A stretch of 64,000 nt of DNA from the human T2T-CHM13v2.0 reference genome, Homo sapiens. The position numbers and the translations under genes were made by a program. The stretch is from the NCBI RefSeq assembly GCF_009914755.1, contig NC_060944.1; one strand, written 5' to 3'. The notes beneath the pieces are model-generated. The model was not told the origin of the DNA. It saw only the letters and a program-made list of their open reading frames with translations, and did not search any database. Each line of letters begins with the position of its first letter. Positions within the stretch are counted from its first letter, which is position 1. Of the stretch, positions 42,123 through 56,380 are shown in pieces.

Positions 42123-43355
42123 TTCCACCTTCGAAGATTCTGAAAAGGAATTAAAAAGTAGTGTCTTGAATATTGGATAAACTTAAGATTACAAGAAAAC
42201 ATTCTGGAACATGACTTTCCTCCCGCTTTTGAAGTTTTTCACTTCTTTTTCTCTAGATCTTTTTATAGATGTTCAGAGGCATTTTAGGTTGAATTATTAT
42301 GTGTTTAAGGAATTCTAAGATAATAATTACCGGGAAATTAACTCAAATTACATAATCATGTATTCGAGATAAGATACGTTGTATTGTTGTGGTAGGCAAA
42401 AATGCCATGACCCAGCAGAATAGTTTAAAATTAGCAATGTATTTTAAATACTTGAACGCTCTCTTTCATTTCAGAAGCTAGCCTGCACTTAAGTCAGAAA
42501 ACAAAAGCTAACTGCCACAGTGAATGAAATACTTTAGGAAGAGAGGAGAGAAAAACAGGCTTTTCTCATTCTGTAATTCTGAGTGTTCTTTAAATGTGTC
42601 AGAATATTTGCTTTGTCCATTTTCTGTGTCAATTTCTACTTCTTTCTTCTTGCTCAGAAAGTTTCATAATGCTCCCTCTAACATAATTAAGTCATTTATC
42701 TTTCCTCCCTCTCTTGCTGTTTACTTCCTTGCTTCCTTCCTTCTCTACCACTTCTAGTTTACATAGTAAGGGACTTCTTTGGCTTTTGGGTAGTAATTTA
42801 AGCTCCAAATTTCAGTTTCATGTTATGTAAAACACAAATGATACTTACCGTATTTCACATGGTTGTTATGTTGAGGACTGAGCCGCATTATGTGAGAAGG
42901 CTAAACATCATGTCCTTAATACTGAATATACGTTCTTTTCCCCTTTTCCCCTTTTCTTTCTTCTTTGCTGTCCCACTCTGAGACTCCTTTCTTCCAACTC
43001 TGAGATGTAGTTTTAAATCTTTTATGAAAAAAAAAAACCTTATGGAGAAAGGGAGAAGAGGTGGATTCATGAGCAGGAGGAGAATGATAACTGAACTTTT
43101 GGCATCAGCATTTACTATGGCTAGTCACCATTTTAAGCCTGTCACTAAATGAAGTTATATTCATTTAGTCTCATTACAATTCTATGAAAGTGCTATCATT
43201 ATGTCTATTTTATACTTAAGGAAGCAAAGTCTTAGATTAAGGCAAGATCACATAGCCAGTAAGTAATGGGGTCAAAATGCAGACCTTAACATTTTGGCTT
43301 CAGACTCTGTACTTTGAGTTCAGCCGGTGTTTGTGGACTTTGCCTTACCTTCCTT

Positions 43356-43658
43356 TCTTTTTTTTTTTTTTTTTTGAGACGGAGTCTCGCTGTGTCGCCC
43401 AGGATGGGGTGCAGTGGTGCCATCTCGGCTCACTGAAAGCTCCACCTCCCGGGTTCACGCCATTCTCCTGCCTCAGCTTCCTGAGTAGCTGGGACTACAG
43501 GCGCCCGCCACCATGGCCGGCTAATTTTTTTGTATTTTTAGTAGAGACGGGGTTTCACCCTGTTAGCCAAGATAGTCTGGATCTCCTGACCTCGTGATCC
43601 GCCTGCCTTGGCCTTCCGAAGTGCTGGGATTAACAGGCGTGAGCCACCGCGCCTGGCC
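43356..43658 (-). mobile_element. AluY
   Basis: 'gggttcacgccattctcc', 'ctcgtgatccg'; TSD ttaccttcctt at 43345-43355 and 43662-43672. Confidence 0.93.
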
Positions 43659-44172
43659 GATTTACCTTCCTTACTTAACCAATCATGCCACTAGCTTGCA
43701 CTGGCCTCAATACCCAACGTTTTTCCTACCTTAGGGACCTTTTCCTACCGTGGGGCCTTTGTATTCTCTATTCCATCCTTTCTGCAATTTTTCCAGATCT
43801 TTCCAGCTCAGCAAAATTGCCATCTCTCCACATTGCCTTCTTCACTCTATTCAAAGTAACGAAGGGTACTTCCCCCAAAGCAACTGATGTTCCCGTGGCT
43901 TGCTTTATTAATCACAATAGGACATGATCTTCTACATTAGGTTTTCCTCCATGTTTTCTGGCAGCCTCTGAAGGATATGAGCCATAACAGAGCATAGACA
44001 TTGCTTTTTTCTTTGTAGCTTAATCTCCAGTGCCTAGTATCATTCCCAGCGTATAATATGTTTAATGTGAACTGAATGAGAAAACTAAATGAGAGGCTTA
44101 ATTTTATACAGCAGTGAAGGTATGTCCCAGACTTATAATTTAAGGAGAACTTACTCTCTAGAAATGTGGAGT

Positions 44173-44437
44173 AGCTGGACGTGGTGGCTCAAGCCTGTAA
44201 TCCAAGCACTTCGGGAGGCCGAGGTGGGTGGATGACTTGAGCCCAGAAGTTCGAGACCAGCCTCGGCAACATGGCAAGACCCCATCTCTGCAAAAAAAAA
44301 AAAAAAAAAAATACAAAAATTAGCCAGGCAGGGGATGCGCCTGTAGTCCCAGCTACTCAGGAGACTGAGGTGGGAGGATCACTTGAGCCTGGGAGATGGA
44401 GGCTGCATTAAGCAGTGATCGCGCCACTGCGCCCCAG
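44173..44437 (+). mobile_element. AluJ-like element lacking its 3' end and tail
   Basis: Alu dimer with long middle A-run; stops at 'gcgccccag' and runs into (GA)n. Confidence 0.85.
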
Positions 44438-46056
44438 AGAGAGAGGGAGATGCAGGGTAATTGATTTGTACCTTTACTTTGAAATGTTTAATAATTAGTG
44501 ATTTTCTCAGTCCTCTCTTTTTCTCATGGGCCCCTTTAGTAAATGCTGATGGACAAGATTCACAGGCCATACTTTAAAGCCATTGATGGAGGTAGATTTT
44601 CTTCCCAGGGTGCTTTTTTGGCATGGAGTTGGCTAAGAATGTCCTTAAAGGCCATCATACATAGGTGGAAAGTAGAAATCAGTTCAAAGAAAGACTGGCA
44701 GAGCAGATCATAAGTCAATACATGAATCAAGTTGGCCTGTATCCTACCAAGTACAATCTTTTGTTTAGTGGTGTATCTACTACCACACTCTCAAACTCCT
44801 AATGATACTTTAAAATTAACCTTCATGCTCATTTTTATAATAATGTTGAAGGTCAGGCAAGAGATAATATCCTCACTTTACAGGTGGAGGAACTGAGTCA
44901 AAGAAGTACAGGACTTGTATAAAGAAAAGCTAGTCTATATGATGTCTCTAAATCCTGGGTCTGAACTACTTTAACGATATTAAAAGCTTGCTTGACATAA
45001 AATTTTAAGACTGTTACGATTAGAGTGAATGTCAGTGATATATGTGTCTAAGGAATTTGATAAATATACATGAGATGCTCTAATGAATTCAATTGCTTGG
45101 AAGTGAAGGGGAAAATGCACAAATTTTTACTTAGGCTCATGCTTTTCATGTAGAAACAAACATTGAAATTTGGAAGTGAAAAATCTACCTCTTATCTTGG
45201 GTATATATGCTGCCTATATATATGCATATAGTAAGATGTTTAAGTTTTTAAAATTAACTGCATTGTTGAATATTTGAAATACACATCTGATATTTGTTAT
45301 TGAACTTTAAAATGATATATGAGGATTTAGGTAAATACTGTCTGTCTAAAATTAATTTTGGAAAGTAACTCATAAGATGATATTTTCAATACAGTTTTGC
45401 CAGCAATTATTAAATATGTTTCGAGAAGAAAATTGCTATTCAAATTACCCATCTCATCCTTGGCACTTTCTAAAAACCAGACAAATATTTTTTAGTTTGT
45501 GAAGGCTGCTCATAACAGTTACAAGCTAATTAATTATAAAAGATTTAGCCATGCATTTGACCATAAAATAGATTGGTTGTGGCTGCTGGATTATAGTTTT
45601 AGATGATTTTATGATCCATGTATTGCCTTGACTTACTGATGATTTAAATGATTGTGTGTGGGTGATTTAAAAAGCAATAAGATTAATAAAATATTTATTT
45701 TGGGTAAAGGTACAGAATATGTTTTGAATAAATAAAGTATGGAAAAGGTATCTAAATTCCTCATACATTTTTAAAATCAGTTAATAAATAGTAAACATGC
45801 AAGAAGCTCATTAACTATAGAAATTTAGCCTATTAATTAGGGAGTGTTCATTTTTAACCACTATGTTCATTTTCTAGTCTAGTACATAATATTTTTCACA
45901 AGTCTTCAGAACCTCATTTTTCCTTTTATATAATAATGACTCTCCAAATATCTTTTTGTTTCTTGGTCATTATTTATCTTTTAATAAGACAATAAAACCA
46001 ATAATAAAAGTGTATTCCTATAGCCAATAGCCAAGAATCAAAATATGCCTTTATGG

Positions 46057-46356
46057 GTTTTTCTTTTCTTTTCTTTTTGAGATAGAGTCTTGCTCTGTTG
46101 CCAGGCTGGAGTGCAGTGGCACGATCTCAGCTCACTGCAATCGCTGCCTCCCAGGATAAAGTGATTCACCTGCCCTAGCCTCCCAAGTAACTGGAATTAC
46201 AGGCACGTGCCACCACGCCCGGGTAATTTTTTGTATTTCAGTAAGATGGAGTTTCACCATGTTGGCCAAGATGGTCTCGATCTCCTGACCTCATGATCTG
46301 CCTGCCTCGGCCTCCCAAAGTTCTGGGATTACAGGCGTGAGCCACCACGCCCGACC
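46057..46356 (-). mobile_element. AluS (AluSc-like)
   Basis: Antisense Alu dimer; short TSD cctttatg. Confidence 0.92.
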
Positions 46357-49300
46357 ACCTTTATGTTATTTTATTTAACCTTCAAATAATTATATAAAAT
46401 TGATATTATTTCTTTACTCCACCAATGCTTATTGGGCAACTAACAACTATGAACCCTTCTGAGAATTTGGGGTACAGTGGCAAAATAAAGTTGTCAAAGG
46501 GCCCTGTCCCCTTGGGGATCACAATCTCAAGGCGGCGGGGAACATCCGGAAATAAGATAGTTATAGTTGGTGATGCATTACCAGAGACGTGTGATGCCAT
46601 AATAGTGACTAACCCAAGGACAGTGAGTTAGCTTTTGTTGCATAAATTACCCCCAAAATTTAGTGGCTTAAGACAACTCTTTGTTTAGGCTCATGTTTCG
46701 GCTATTTGAAATTTGGGGTAGGCCCAGCTAGCTGTTTCTGCTGATGTACGTCAGACTAAGTTCAGTTAGAGGAACTTATAGGAGAGCTGTGAACTTCCAG
46801 ATGAGTCGAAGACAGGCTGAGGGTATCCTCAACTGAGATGGCTTATTTCTGTGTCACATGGTGGTGGTAGGGATCCCAAGTACAGCACGGGTCATTAGTA
46901 AAGCAGACGTTCTGGCCTTCATTTCATTCTTTTGAGTGTATGCTGTATAAAAATTGACCAAATTATCCACAAATCTTCCTGTACCACTTGTCAAGGTTGA
47001 AAACCCAAGAAAAAATAAGATTCTTTCTATCACTGGAGTGATATTACTGAGCTTTTCAGAGTCTATTCTCATGCCAAGATGTATGTTTGTTAAATTTTGA
47101 GCCGGATGTGGTTTTCATTCAGAAAGTATTTGATGATGACTTCTCAAGCAAGGAATAACTATAATAGCTTATGTGCTTTTGGGATATTTTAGGTAAGGGT
47201 GAAAATAATAATTCTGAGAAACATACAAGTATTGCTTTTTTCTTCACATTCCCTAATTTTCTTCTTTTGTACATTCCACGGAACAATGCCTTCTCATATA
47301 TTCACCTGACGTGTTGAACATCAATATAGGATTGAATGAAGCAAAACCTTATGTATGAGTTACACTGGAGAAAATCAAATAACTATATATTTTTTTCTGG
47401 CATTAGAAAGTCAGAAAGATATACAGAATTAGTGCCAATGACTGTATCAGTTGTTCAATGAAGAGAAGATAAAGAGGTCATATAGCAGAGAATTGTATTT
47501 GTATACTCTTGTCTATAAAATTTAGAACATTTTGGTTGTTGTTTAAATTTATATAAGCTTGTTTTATTCTTGGTATATGTGCCAATATCTACCCTTTAAA
47601 ATCCATGCCATTCAGGTAGCTCAAAGGATATACTCAACTCTGACATTTGTAATAAGTGAATAGGCTAACTTGCTGCAATTTGATAAAAACAGAAGCACAC
47701 ATTAAGTTAAATATTTGTGGAGATTTGGGTGTGATTCACAAAACTTTTCTCTCATTTTATTTTTCATTAATTCATTCAACCAATGCATACTAGAAGTGTA
47801 TTATTTGTTAGGCATTGTTTTCGGTGCAGGGAACACTGATAAATAAACAGGTAATGTTACTGCTGCCTTTGAGCTTCTAGTCTATTAAACATTAGATGGA
47901 CAAGTCAGTCTTTCTACTTTTTAGAAACAACCAGCAGATAATATTTGTTAACAAAAGTCATGATGTAAGGAATTTACTAAAGGAATTCAGAAAAGATTAC
48001 ATATTTTTCTGGTTACATAATATAAGAAATTTACTGAAAGATTATAGAAAAGATTATGACTAAACTGTATCCAGTATTTTAGTGATTTGTTTAGCAGATT
48101 ATTAATTTAGGTAAAGGTCATTTTGATTGGAAACATCTATCAAATCAGTCCATGAGGTAAAAGAAAGCAAAAGAAAGCAGAGTCTAACAAAGGAGACAGA
48201 ACATTTTAATAAGAGATACCTTTAAATTATATTTTATACCATACGAATTGGTCTCTTTGTTTGAGAATTCAAATATTTTACAGCCAATACCACATACATT
48301 TACATTCGGATTCTATATACTCTTCTAGTTTCTAGTTATATACAGATATTTCAGATAATAAGAACCAAATCTTGCCTCAAATGCTAACATCGTGGATGAC
48401 AACATAGAGCCTACTGTAATCCATTGTGATATGAGCAATGATGGTAGGTTTGACAGCTGCATAGGGATCACAGGAGAAACTGTACCTGAGCTGTACCTGT
48501 ATCAAACAACTACATAATTTTTTCTGTCATTGGGAAGTCAGAAAGATATACAGAATCAGTGCCATACCTGAGAGTTCAACTGTGTGCAAATAGCTCACAC
48601 CGTCTCTAAGTGTTTTATTTCTATAATAAGAAAGGTAAGATTTACCAAACTCTTTCTTCTTTATTTTTATTATACATCCTTTATTAGTGATTACTAGCCC
48701 ATGCTCAAATGTTAGCTTGCCTCGAATCAAATCCTAGAGTCACTCTTAATTATTTTTATGGTATTAGGTAAGTGATTTCACCTCCCTAAGACATAGTTTC
48801 TTCTTCCATAATATGAGATTTATGAGGAAGGTCCTAACTTGTAGTAGGGTGGTCAGGAGGCTTAAGTGAAATCATAGCTAAAACAGTTAACAATTCCTGA
48901 AACCACACAAGTACACTGGATATCCTGACTATTGGTACTTGTATTCATACTTGCATTTATAATACGCATTTCTCAGATACCCCAACAGTTCATATCCAGA
49001 CACCCCCAATGGATACACCTGAGACTGATACCAGGTCATCATTTTTCGTTCTCATGCTGCCAGCTACACAAGAGGCACGCACTGTGGATCCACAGACGAA
49101 ACAGACAGAGGCTATGTTCCATTCAAGACCTGGAACAGATGATCCCTTTTCCACGACAAGGACCAACCTCTGCCAAAACAAATCACTTGGCACAATTTCT
49201 AACTCTAAATTAATGTCTTCACTTATTTGCTTAATAACTCCCTCCATCCTCGCTGTCAGATCAGGCTAGGAGAGACTCCATTGGATGAGCAGTAGACTGC

Positions 49301-49826
49301 TCTTCCCCAGGTGCCTAGCACAGTGCCTGATGCACCACAGGCTCTCAGTGTGTGCTTGTTGAAGAAACAAAGACACAGTCTGCCCTTTTCATTGAAAGCA
49401 GTGCCCCAAGGCAGCGGGTCCAATCCAGGTCACCTCCATTGTGCCTTCCCATGAGGGCTTGCTCAACCCTCTCCCACCTCCTGTGGCCACCTCTCTAGAG
49501 AAGCTTCTTCCAGCTTGCCAGACAGTCTAGCTTGGAATGCTGAACAGCATCCCTGGTCCTTCTGAATTTTCTAGCTGGGGAAGCAAAATGTCAGTCTATG
49601 ATTAATCCCACACAATAGGTGGTAAGAAACATACCGATGCCATATCTTGGCCTGAGGCACAACTCTTCTATGGAGTTGAGTTTCCTGTAAATTCGTGGCT
49701 GTTGATTGTTAGTGTGCAGTCTTAAGGCCTTAACATGTATTTATAAACAGTCTTCTTTTTAAAAGTGCAGGAGCAGTGTATATAGTATGCGGTATGCCAC
49801 TATTTTTTTTAAAAAAGATATATCGC

Positions 49827-49852
49827 ATATATATATATATATATATATATAT
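49827..49852. repeat. (TA)n microsatellite
   Basis: Directly visible. Confidence 0.9.
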
Positions 49853-52808
49853 GACTTTTTCTTGCTTGTATTATCCCTATGTTTTATTTTATTCTCCAAA
49901 GTTGATATTGTTTTCTTCTAAGGAATGCAATTCCAAAAAAACAAATATTGAAACCAATAAAGACATAAAATTTATGGTTAATAGCTTCATTTCATTTGTT
50001 AAATGTAATTAACGTATCTTTTTATTACTAAGATTATTTACCATTTTAATGTATATAATGACTATTGCATTAGATTTTATTTTTAAAATGCTGTTACGCA
50101 AACTTAAAACCAAAATTACCAGTGTTCTATGGGACAGCTCTAAATACAGTATAGCTATTAAAAATATATATTCTTAAAGTGTGCTAGGAAGAAAAAACAC
50201 TTGACATGAACTATTCTGACATTTAAATCTTCTCTTATTCTTGTCAGCACTGCCACAGCAAATGATAAAGGTGGTATTAATAGCCATATAATTTTCTGAA
50301 ATTTTTGTAACATTTTTTAACTCACAAGGCAGCTGGACATGTTTACAGCTTGAAATCTTTTATTGCATTATTTGTAAGATATTAATATATGGATATCATA
50401 TATGAAGGAAATAAAATGCATAATTATTTTCTGGCACATTGACTTGCATTTAATTAAATAGTTTTTTCCTACTTAAGTTCATCTATCTATCGAACATTTC
50501 TATGTTCTAGTTATTCTTTGAACAACTGCCTTCTTATAGATAAGAAAATTTTCGGTTTGCTGATTGGTAAATTGGTAGTTACTCCTCCATTTTTGGTTCT
50601 TGTTAGTTTTCTAACACTAGGTTCAAACTCTTGAAGAAAATATTTTGTTCTGCATGCACCTTTGCAGAATTCTTCGAAAATTTGCTGGCAGAATAGTTGT
50701 AGAAAACCCCAATTACAGATAATAATTTTGCCATTTTCCTGATGACCCCTAGAGAGGAATAAATTTGCAAAATTAGTTTAATTTTGTTTTACTCCTGTGT
50801 CTTGTGCTTTCTCATTTCCTTTCCTCAAGTTATAGAAAATACATAAGCCCAGTACAGATTCAGTCCCCTCTTCCACTCTACTCTGGCCAGTCACCTCTCT
50901 TCATCAATCCTGGGGATGACTAAAGAGAAGTAGGGAATATATGATCCTTCCACTGACCAGCTATGTGCAGGGACATTTGGCAACTGAGTTGACCTTTATC
51001 TGGACAATGATAGAATGAGAACCCCTCTTAGAGGTTAATGTGAAGATCAAATTAGTTAATAGAAGGGAAGACACTTTGGAAAGTGAACCACAAAGGCCAC
51101 CAGTAGGAGTAGAATACTAGGAAATGATCTTTCTAAATGCCAATCTGGTCAAGTGCTTCCTGCAGCCTGTCTCCAACAATACAAAGTATCCAAGCTCCTT
51201 AGAATGGCATTCAGATCTCTAAGGATAGCTGATGGCTTCTTGGACTGCCCTTTGATTCCTAAGAGATACTGCCCATGGTTTTTCCTTTCCTCAAATTCCT
51301 GGTAAGACACCTCTGTCTTCCTTCTACACACTATTCAATACCGTCTTCTCTTTGACATGACCTTTTCCTTCCACCTCTTTTCACTTCTCTCTTACCTGCA
51401 GGGTTAGGAGACACCTGCTATGTGAGTGTATGTAAACCATACTTCACAGAGCAAGCCTTAAAAAAATACCAGCTTTCATCCTTTTTCCTTCCCTTCCTAT
51501 TAAACCCTATACAGTCATATGTACAATGTATTGAATAAGTATGGTGAGAAAAGAAAGTGATATATTTGTATTTCTTGTACAGTCTTCTACAAATCTCTGA
51601 AATTAGACATGACTGTGATTTTTTTTTAAAATAAGTGGATGTTAGGATCTGGGCTAATAGGGTTGGGGGTCTGAGGGAGACTTTTCATTGTATACATTGA
51701 TTTGATCTTTTGAATTTTTAATCATGGGAATATATTTCTCATGTCAATATTAAGTAACATAAATAAAAATTTAGTATAAAATTTTAAGTCTAGAAAAGTC
51801 GAATGTAAAAGTTTCATTCACTCGCCTAATATCTAAATTATGTGACTTACAAGCATATGGTGGAGAAAAGAATATGGCTCCCATTATCAATATTTCCTCC
51901 CTTCCCCTTGTCCTATTTCTCCTCCATTACTCAGTAGAACACTCTGACATCCTTAGGGTTGAAGCAGAGGTGGAGAGGAGAGTTAAGGAGCATAAAGATT
52001 TTACTTGAAAGGCATTGGTTTAATCAGTTTTTGGCAGCTGAGCTTGACAGAAAAACAATGTATTTCTCAGTCTGGCTATGGTCCCATTGCAGATCAAGAG
52101 GGGGCTGTGCTCTGTGTCACCTCCACTCTAAGGCCCAGTGACGGAGCCTGCACCGTTTCTAATGTTTCCGGTTACTGTGGCAGAAGGAAAAAGCGTATGA
52201 CGAATCACACACTGGCTCTTCAAATGTCTGCCCAGAAGTGACACAGTCCCCTTGAGCTATAAGTTCCTGGTCAAAACAAACAACATGGCCACACCTAACT
52301 TCGAAGTGGGCAGAGACATGCAGTGACCCATGTATCTAAAAATACTAAAAATAATGGTAAATAGCACTGATAAATATTTTCTGAAAAATATAAATCAAGA
52401 GTGGAATTCCTTTTAATTTTTCATTTAGTTATAGTTTGGGCTGTGAGATGGTTGTGTTACACATGAAATTCACATAATTAGAAAACTATAGGTGAGTATG
52501 CTTTAACCCCCTGCCCCAACTTCCTCCTCTTTCTTTGTTCTTGTTTTCTTCCCCTCCTCTTTCGCTTATATTTTCCTCTGACCTCACCCTAAAAACACAG
52601 TTTAACCTACAAGGTACCAGAATACCAAACCAAACCAACCAAACAAAAACAACAACAAAAATTGGGTGCCCTCTGGAATGTTTGGCTCCAAAAAAAATAT
52701 TGAAATCTATAGCACCACTGAAATGTCTAATATTACCAATGTGGCATTAATAAATGGACAGTCGTGCTCTTTTGTAGCTTTTCTCTCTGGAAGGAAGATA
52801 TTGGATAG

Positions 52809-53102
52809 TTTTTGTTTTTTAGAGACAAGGTCTTACTTTGTCACACAGGCTGAAGTTCAGTGGAACGACATTGGCTTATTGCAGCTTGACCTCCTGGGCT
52901 CAAGTAATCCTTCTACCTCAACCTCTAGAGTAGCTAGGACTACATCACCAAGCCGGGCTACTTATTTTGAAAGTTTTGGTAGAGATGGGCTCTTGCTATG
53001 TTGTCCAGGATGGTCTCAAACTCCTGGCCTCAGCAATCCTCCTGGAGGCCTTGATATCCAAAAGTGCTGGGATTACATGTGTGAGCCCCTGTACCTAGCC
53101 AG
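52809..53102 (-). mobile_element. Diverged AluJ
   Basis: 'gcagcttgacctcctgggctcaag', 'tcttgctatgttg'. Confidence 0.85.
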
Positions 53103-54831
53103 ATAGTTCTTACTGTGACAAGGGGACAAGAAGCCTTTTCTCAGGGAGGACCAATGGCAATTCTTTTTACCCCACACTCTCAACAATGATTCTTCCAGGA
53201 CCATTTCCATTTCTTCAGTCTATTGCCTCCTTTCTCATTGAGTGGCGAGCACTCTTGAGACCCAGCAGTTTGCTCTATCTCAACCCACTGTGACAAATAG
53301 GTAAACATAGGCTGGGATGTAAGGAATGGATAATGGATACTGGTTTTAGTTACCCCACCAGAGACATTTTAAGTTAATGCAATTGATGAGTAAAGCAACA
53401 TGTATGGTTCTCTCTCACCAGGAGAGGAAAGGAATAGAAAGAATAGAGAAATATAGCCTACTAGTCAGTTTGGTGTTTGTTCCAAAATAAACCCTAAAAT
53501 CTTTGCAGAGGCAAATTGCTTATTACTGTACCGTCAAGTGAAATGCTCCATGAAATATGTTCTGTTTTGCTAGACGTGTTTGGACAATTTCCTGAAACTG
53601 TTAAACTGCTCAATGGTATTAACTCTTCTCCAACAGGCCATTAGAAATTTTAGCATTTAAAAGAGAGAAGAGGGAAAATACAGTTGGCTCAGTTGAGAAG
53701 CAATCTCTTGGAGCTGGTAATTATGTCACATCTGTTTGGAGAAACAAGTTGGCCTTTAAGAGAGTGAATGGGGTAACAATTTAATTAAAGATGGGTTAGA
53801 TTGCATGGAAATTACTTGCTATTATTATTGGAGGAATCTATCAAAATGGACCACTGGGAAAGCACTGTTTTCACTGTTTCTTGAGGAAATTGTTCTTGGC
53901 ATAACAGTAGAATTTAACTTCCTTTTCTGAATGTAAGTTTCAGCCCTGCTGTATGGAGGAGTGAGATCATTGCATAGGGTCTGTGCACTTCCCCAGTTTC
54001 TGTTTTCTTCCTTTCTTACTCAGATGCTGTTCTTTTATAACTTTGTTTAACATAACACTTGAGCCAACATGGTATGATCTGGTTTGTGGTCGCTTTCTTT
54101 GGTTTGCAAGAATTTTGGAAGGTATTATTTGCGTTTAAAACAAACTATTTGCCTATTGGCCATCTGGCCAGTAATTCCAGCATAGAATTCTAAGCTCTGT
54201 GAACTTGAACCTAACTCAATTGAACTTGCTAATCTAATAATAAGTCTATTGCCCCACCTCAATATTACCAGTGGGATGGTAGAAGGTTTTATAAGCACCT
54301 CAGTTTTTTTCTCAGTGTGAAATCATCTATATCAATCTTTTTGGTGCTGTACCCTATACTGAACATGGAAATTCCACCATTTAACATGCTAAACAGCTAG
54401 CAAAGAACTATTCCATAGATATTGAACTTGAAAACTATACATTTTAATAAGCCAAAGTACATCAGGAAAAATCAGAGCTTTAATGAAGCTACAATTGTAG
54501 ATATGTTAAAAAAGACACCAAGTTCATTGTAAATGAATTTCCATTTGTTGGTTGATTATTTATAGGGTGAATTGCCAAAAAAGATAGAGTTAAATAATCA
54601 GTCCATCTAACTGACCTTAACTAATGTAAAATTACTTTCTGTAAGCCCAGGTTAGTTATAAAAAGATTGACCCTTTACCGCAGTTTATCTGATATAATCT
54701 CAGATTAATTAATCTTGATTAGTTTGTTATTTGCCTCAGATTTTTAATTTTAAAAGGATATTATTGGAATTGTACTTTTTAAAATAGTTTTAATAAAAAT
54801 ATTACATAGGTCTATTCATATAATAAAACTA

Positions 54832-55268
54832 TAGTAGAACCTTGAACAAAATAGAGGTGAGGAGAGCTGACTCTTTACATAGTCAAAAATCCACTTATAA
54901 CTCTTGACTCCCTAAAAACTTAATGACTAAGAGCCTACTGTTGACCAGGAGCCTTACCAATAACATAGTCAATTAACACATATTTTGTATGCTATGTATT
55001 GTATACTGTATTCTTACAATAAAGTAAGGTAGAGAAAATAAAATGCTACTAAGAAAATTGCAAGGAAGAGAAAATATATTTACTATTAGTTAAGTGGAAG
55101 TGGATCATCATAAAGGTCTTCATCCTGTTTGTCATCACGTTGAGTAGGCCATGGAGGAGGGGGCATGGGAGGACTTGGTCTTACTGTCTCAGGGATGGCA
55201 AAGGCAGAAGAAAATCAGAATATAAGTTAATCTTGCAACTCAAACTCATGATTTTCAAGGATCAACTG
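54832..55268 (-). mobile_element. Tigger2a (TcMar-Tigger) non-autonomous DNA transposon
   Basis: Degenerate TIRs (tagtagaaccttgaa / ttcaaggatcaactg), TA on both flanks, internal 'aagtggaagtggatcatcataaaggtcttcatcct'. Confidence 0.85.
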
Positions 55269-55903
55269 TAATTTCTTAGTAATAAACCCTTTAGTCTCAC
55301 AAGTGTCATGATTTGAACAACAAATTGTATGGTCACGTTGGTCACCCTAGGTAGAAATTTGCTGATTTCAGCAAATTGGAAGTTACTGCATGATTGTCAG
55401 GATCTGAGAAAGCAACTGAGAAGTAATAGTTACAATAAGTTACAAACCTTTTAGGACGGTGAACATTTTAAGGCGTATGTTTTCTCCATGTGTCACAACC
55501 AACAGTAAACAAAGATCAAAATCATGGTAGAAAAGCAGGATTTAATGGACATCAGAGAAATTGCAGATCTGGAATACAAGGCAATAAAAATTTACAACAA
55601 GGAAGTGGTAAGCCAGAGAGAGCTGCTTCATGGTGGTAGGCCCAGGGGGATTGGAGAGAGTGGTGCCAGAAAGTTGGATAGAAAAGTTAATGCAACAATT
55701 ATAAAGAAGATAAGAACGTAGTATTTGAAAATAAATATTTTAACAAGATAAATATAATACAAAAAATGGAATAAGAAAAATACATTATTATCGAATATTC
55801 TGTATTGAGTTTTGGAAGTTTATGTGTCTCCTTTTCTAATGCCATGATTTTGCAATGCATTATTGTTAGTAATTTTTAGGTCTGCCTATCCAAATTAGGC
55901 TTT

Positions 55904-56380
55904 TGCAGCATCTAACACCCTCCACCCTAGCTCACTTGGTGGGTGAGCCTCCAATGACTACACCCAAGGAGGATTTAACACAGGGATTTTATGACTTGCA
56001 ACAAGTCAGGAGGACATGGGGTTGGGGTAGTTCAGCAGTGCCTGTCTGAACAAAGGTGAAAATTGGGCTTTTATTGGGCTGATCAAGGGGGAGTAAAGGC
56101 AGCCAGGAGCAGTCGCCTGTCATGCTTCTACCTATATTGCATGTATAGAAAAGGGAAAATAAACTCCTTCCTGGGCAGGGTTTTAGTATGCTAAGGAGGG
56201 GAGTTATTCAACTTCAATCCAACTCAAGCATCAGCATTGCTGCGTCCATCCCAGTTTTGTTTTGCTGGGGCTGAACTTCTTCCTATAACTTTTTGAAACA
56301 ACAAGAACTCAAGGTGTGACAGTTACAAGTGGGCCCTTTTTCACAGTGTGTACCTAAACACGTGAGGACCCTGGATTACA
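55904..56380 (-). mobile_element. Probable ERV solo LTR (family not assigned)
   Basis: GC-richer block with TG...CA ends and minus-strand AATAAA (ttttatt ~56070); recognised by style only. Confidence 0.45.

Noticed and set aside
43685-43927. 80-aa hydrophobic ORF resembling a small secreted or membrane peptide
   Set aside because: Lies in pyrimidine-rich L2-like sequence right after an Alu; no promoter, splice or homology support
47970-48058. Degenerate ~30-bp direct repeat (aatttact...agaaaagatta)
   Set aside because: Low complexity and several mismatches; could be chance or ordinary old slippage
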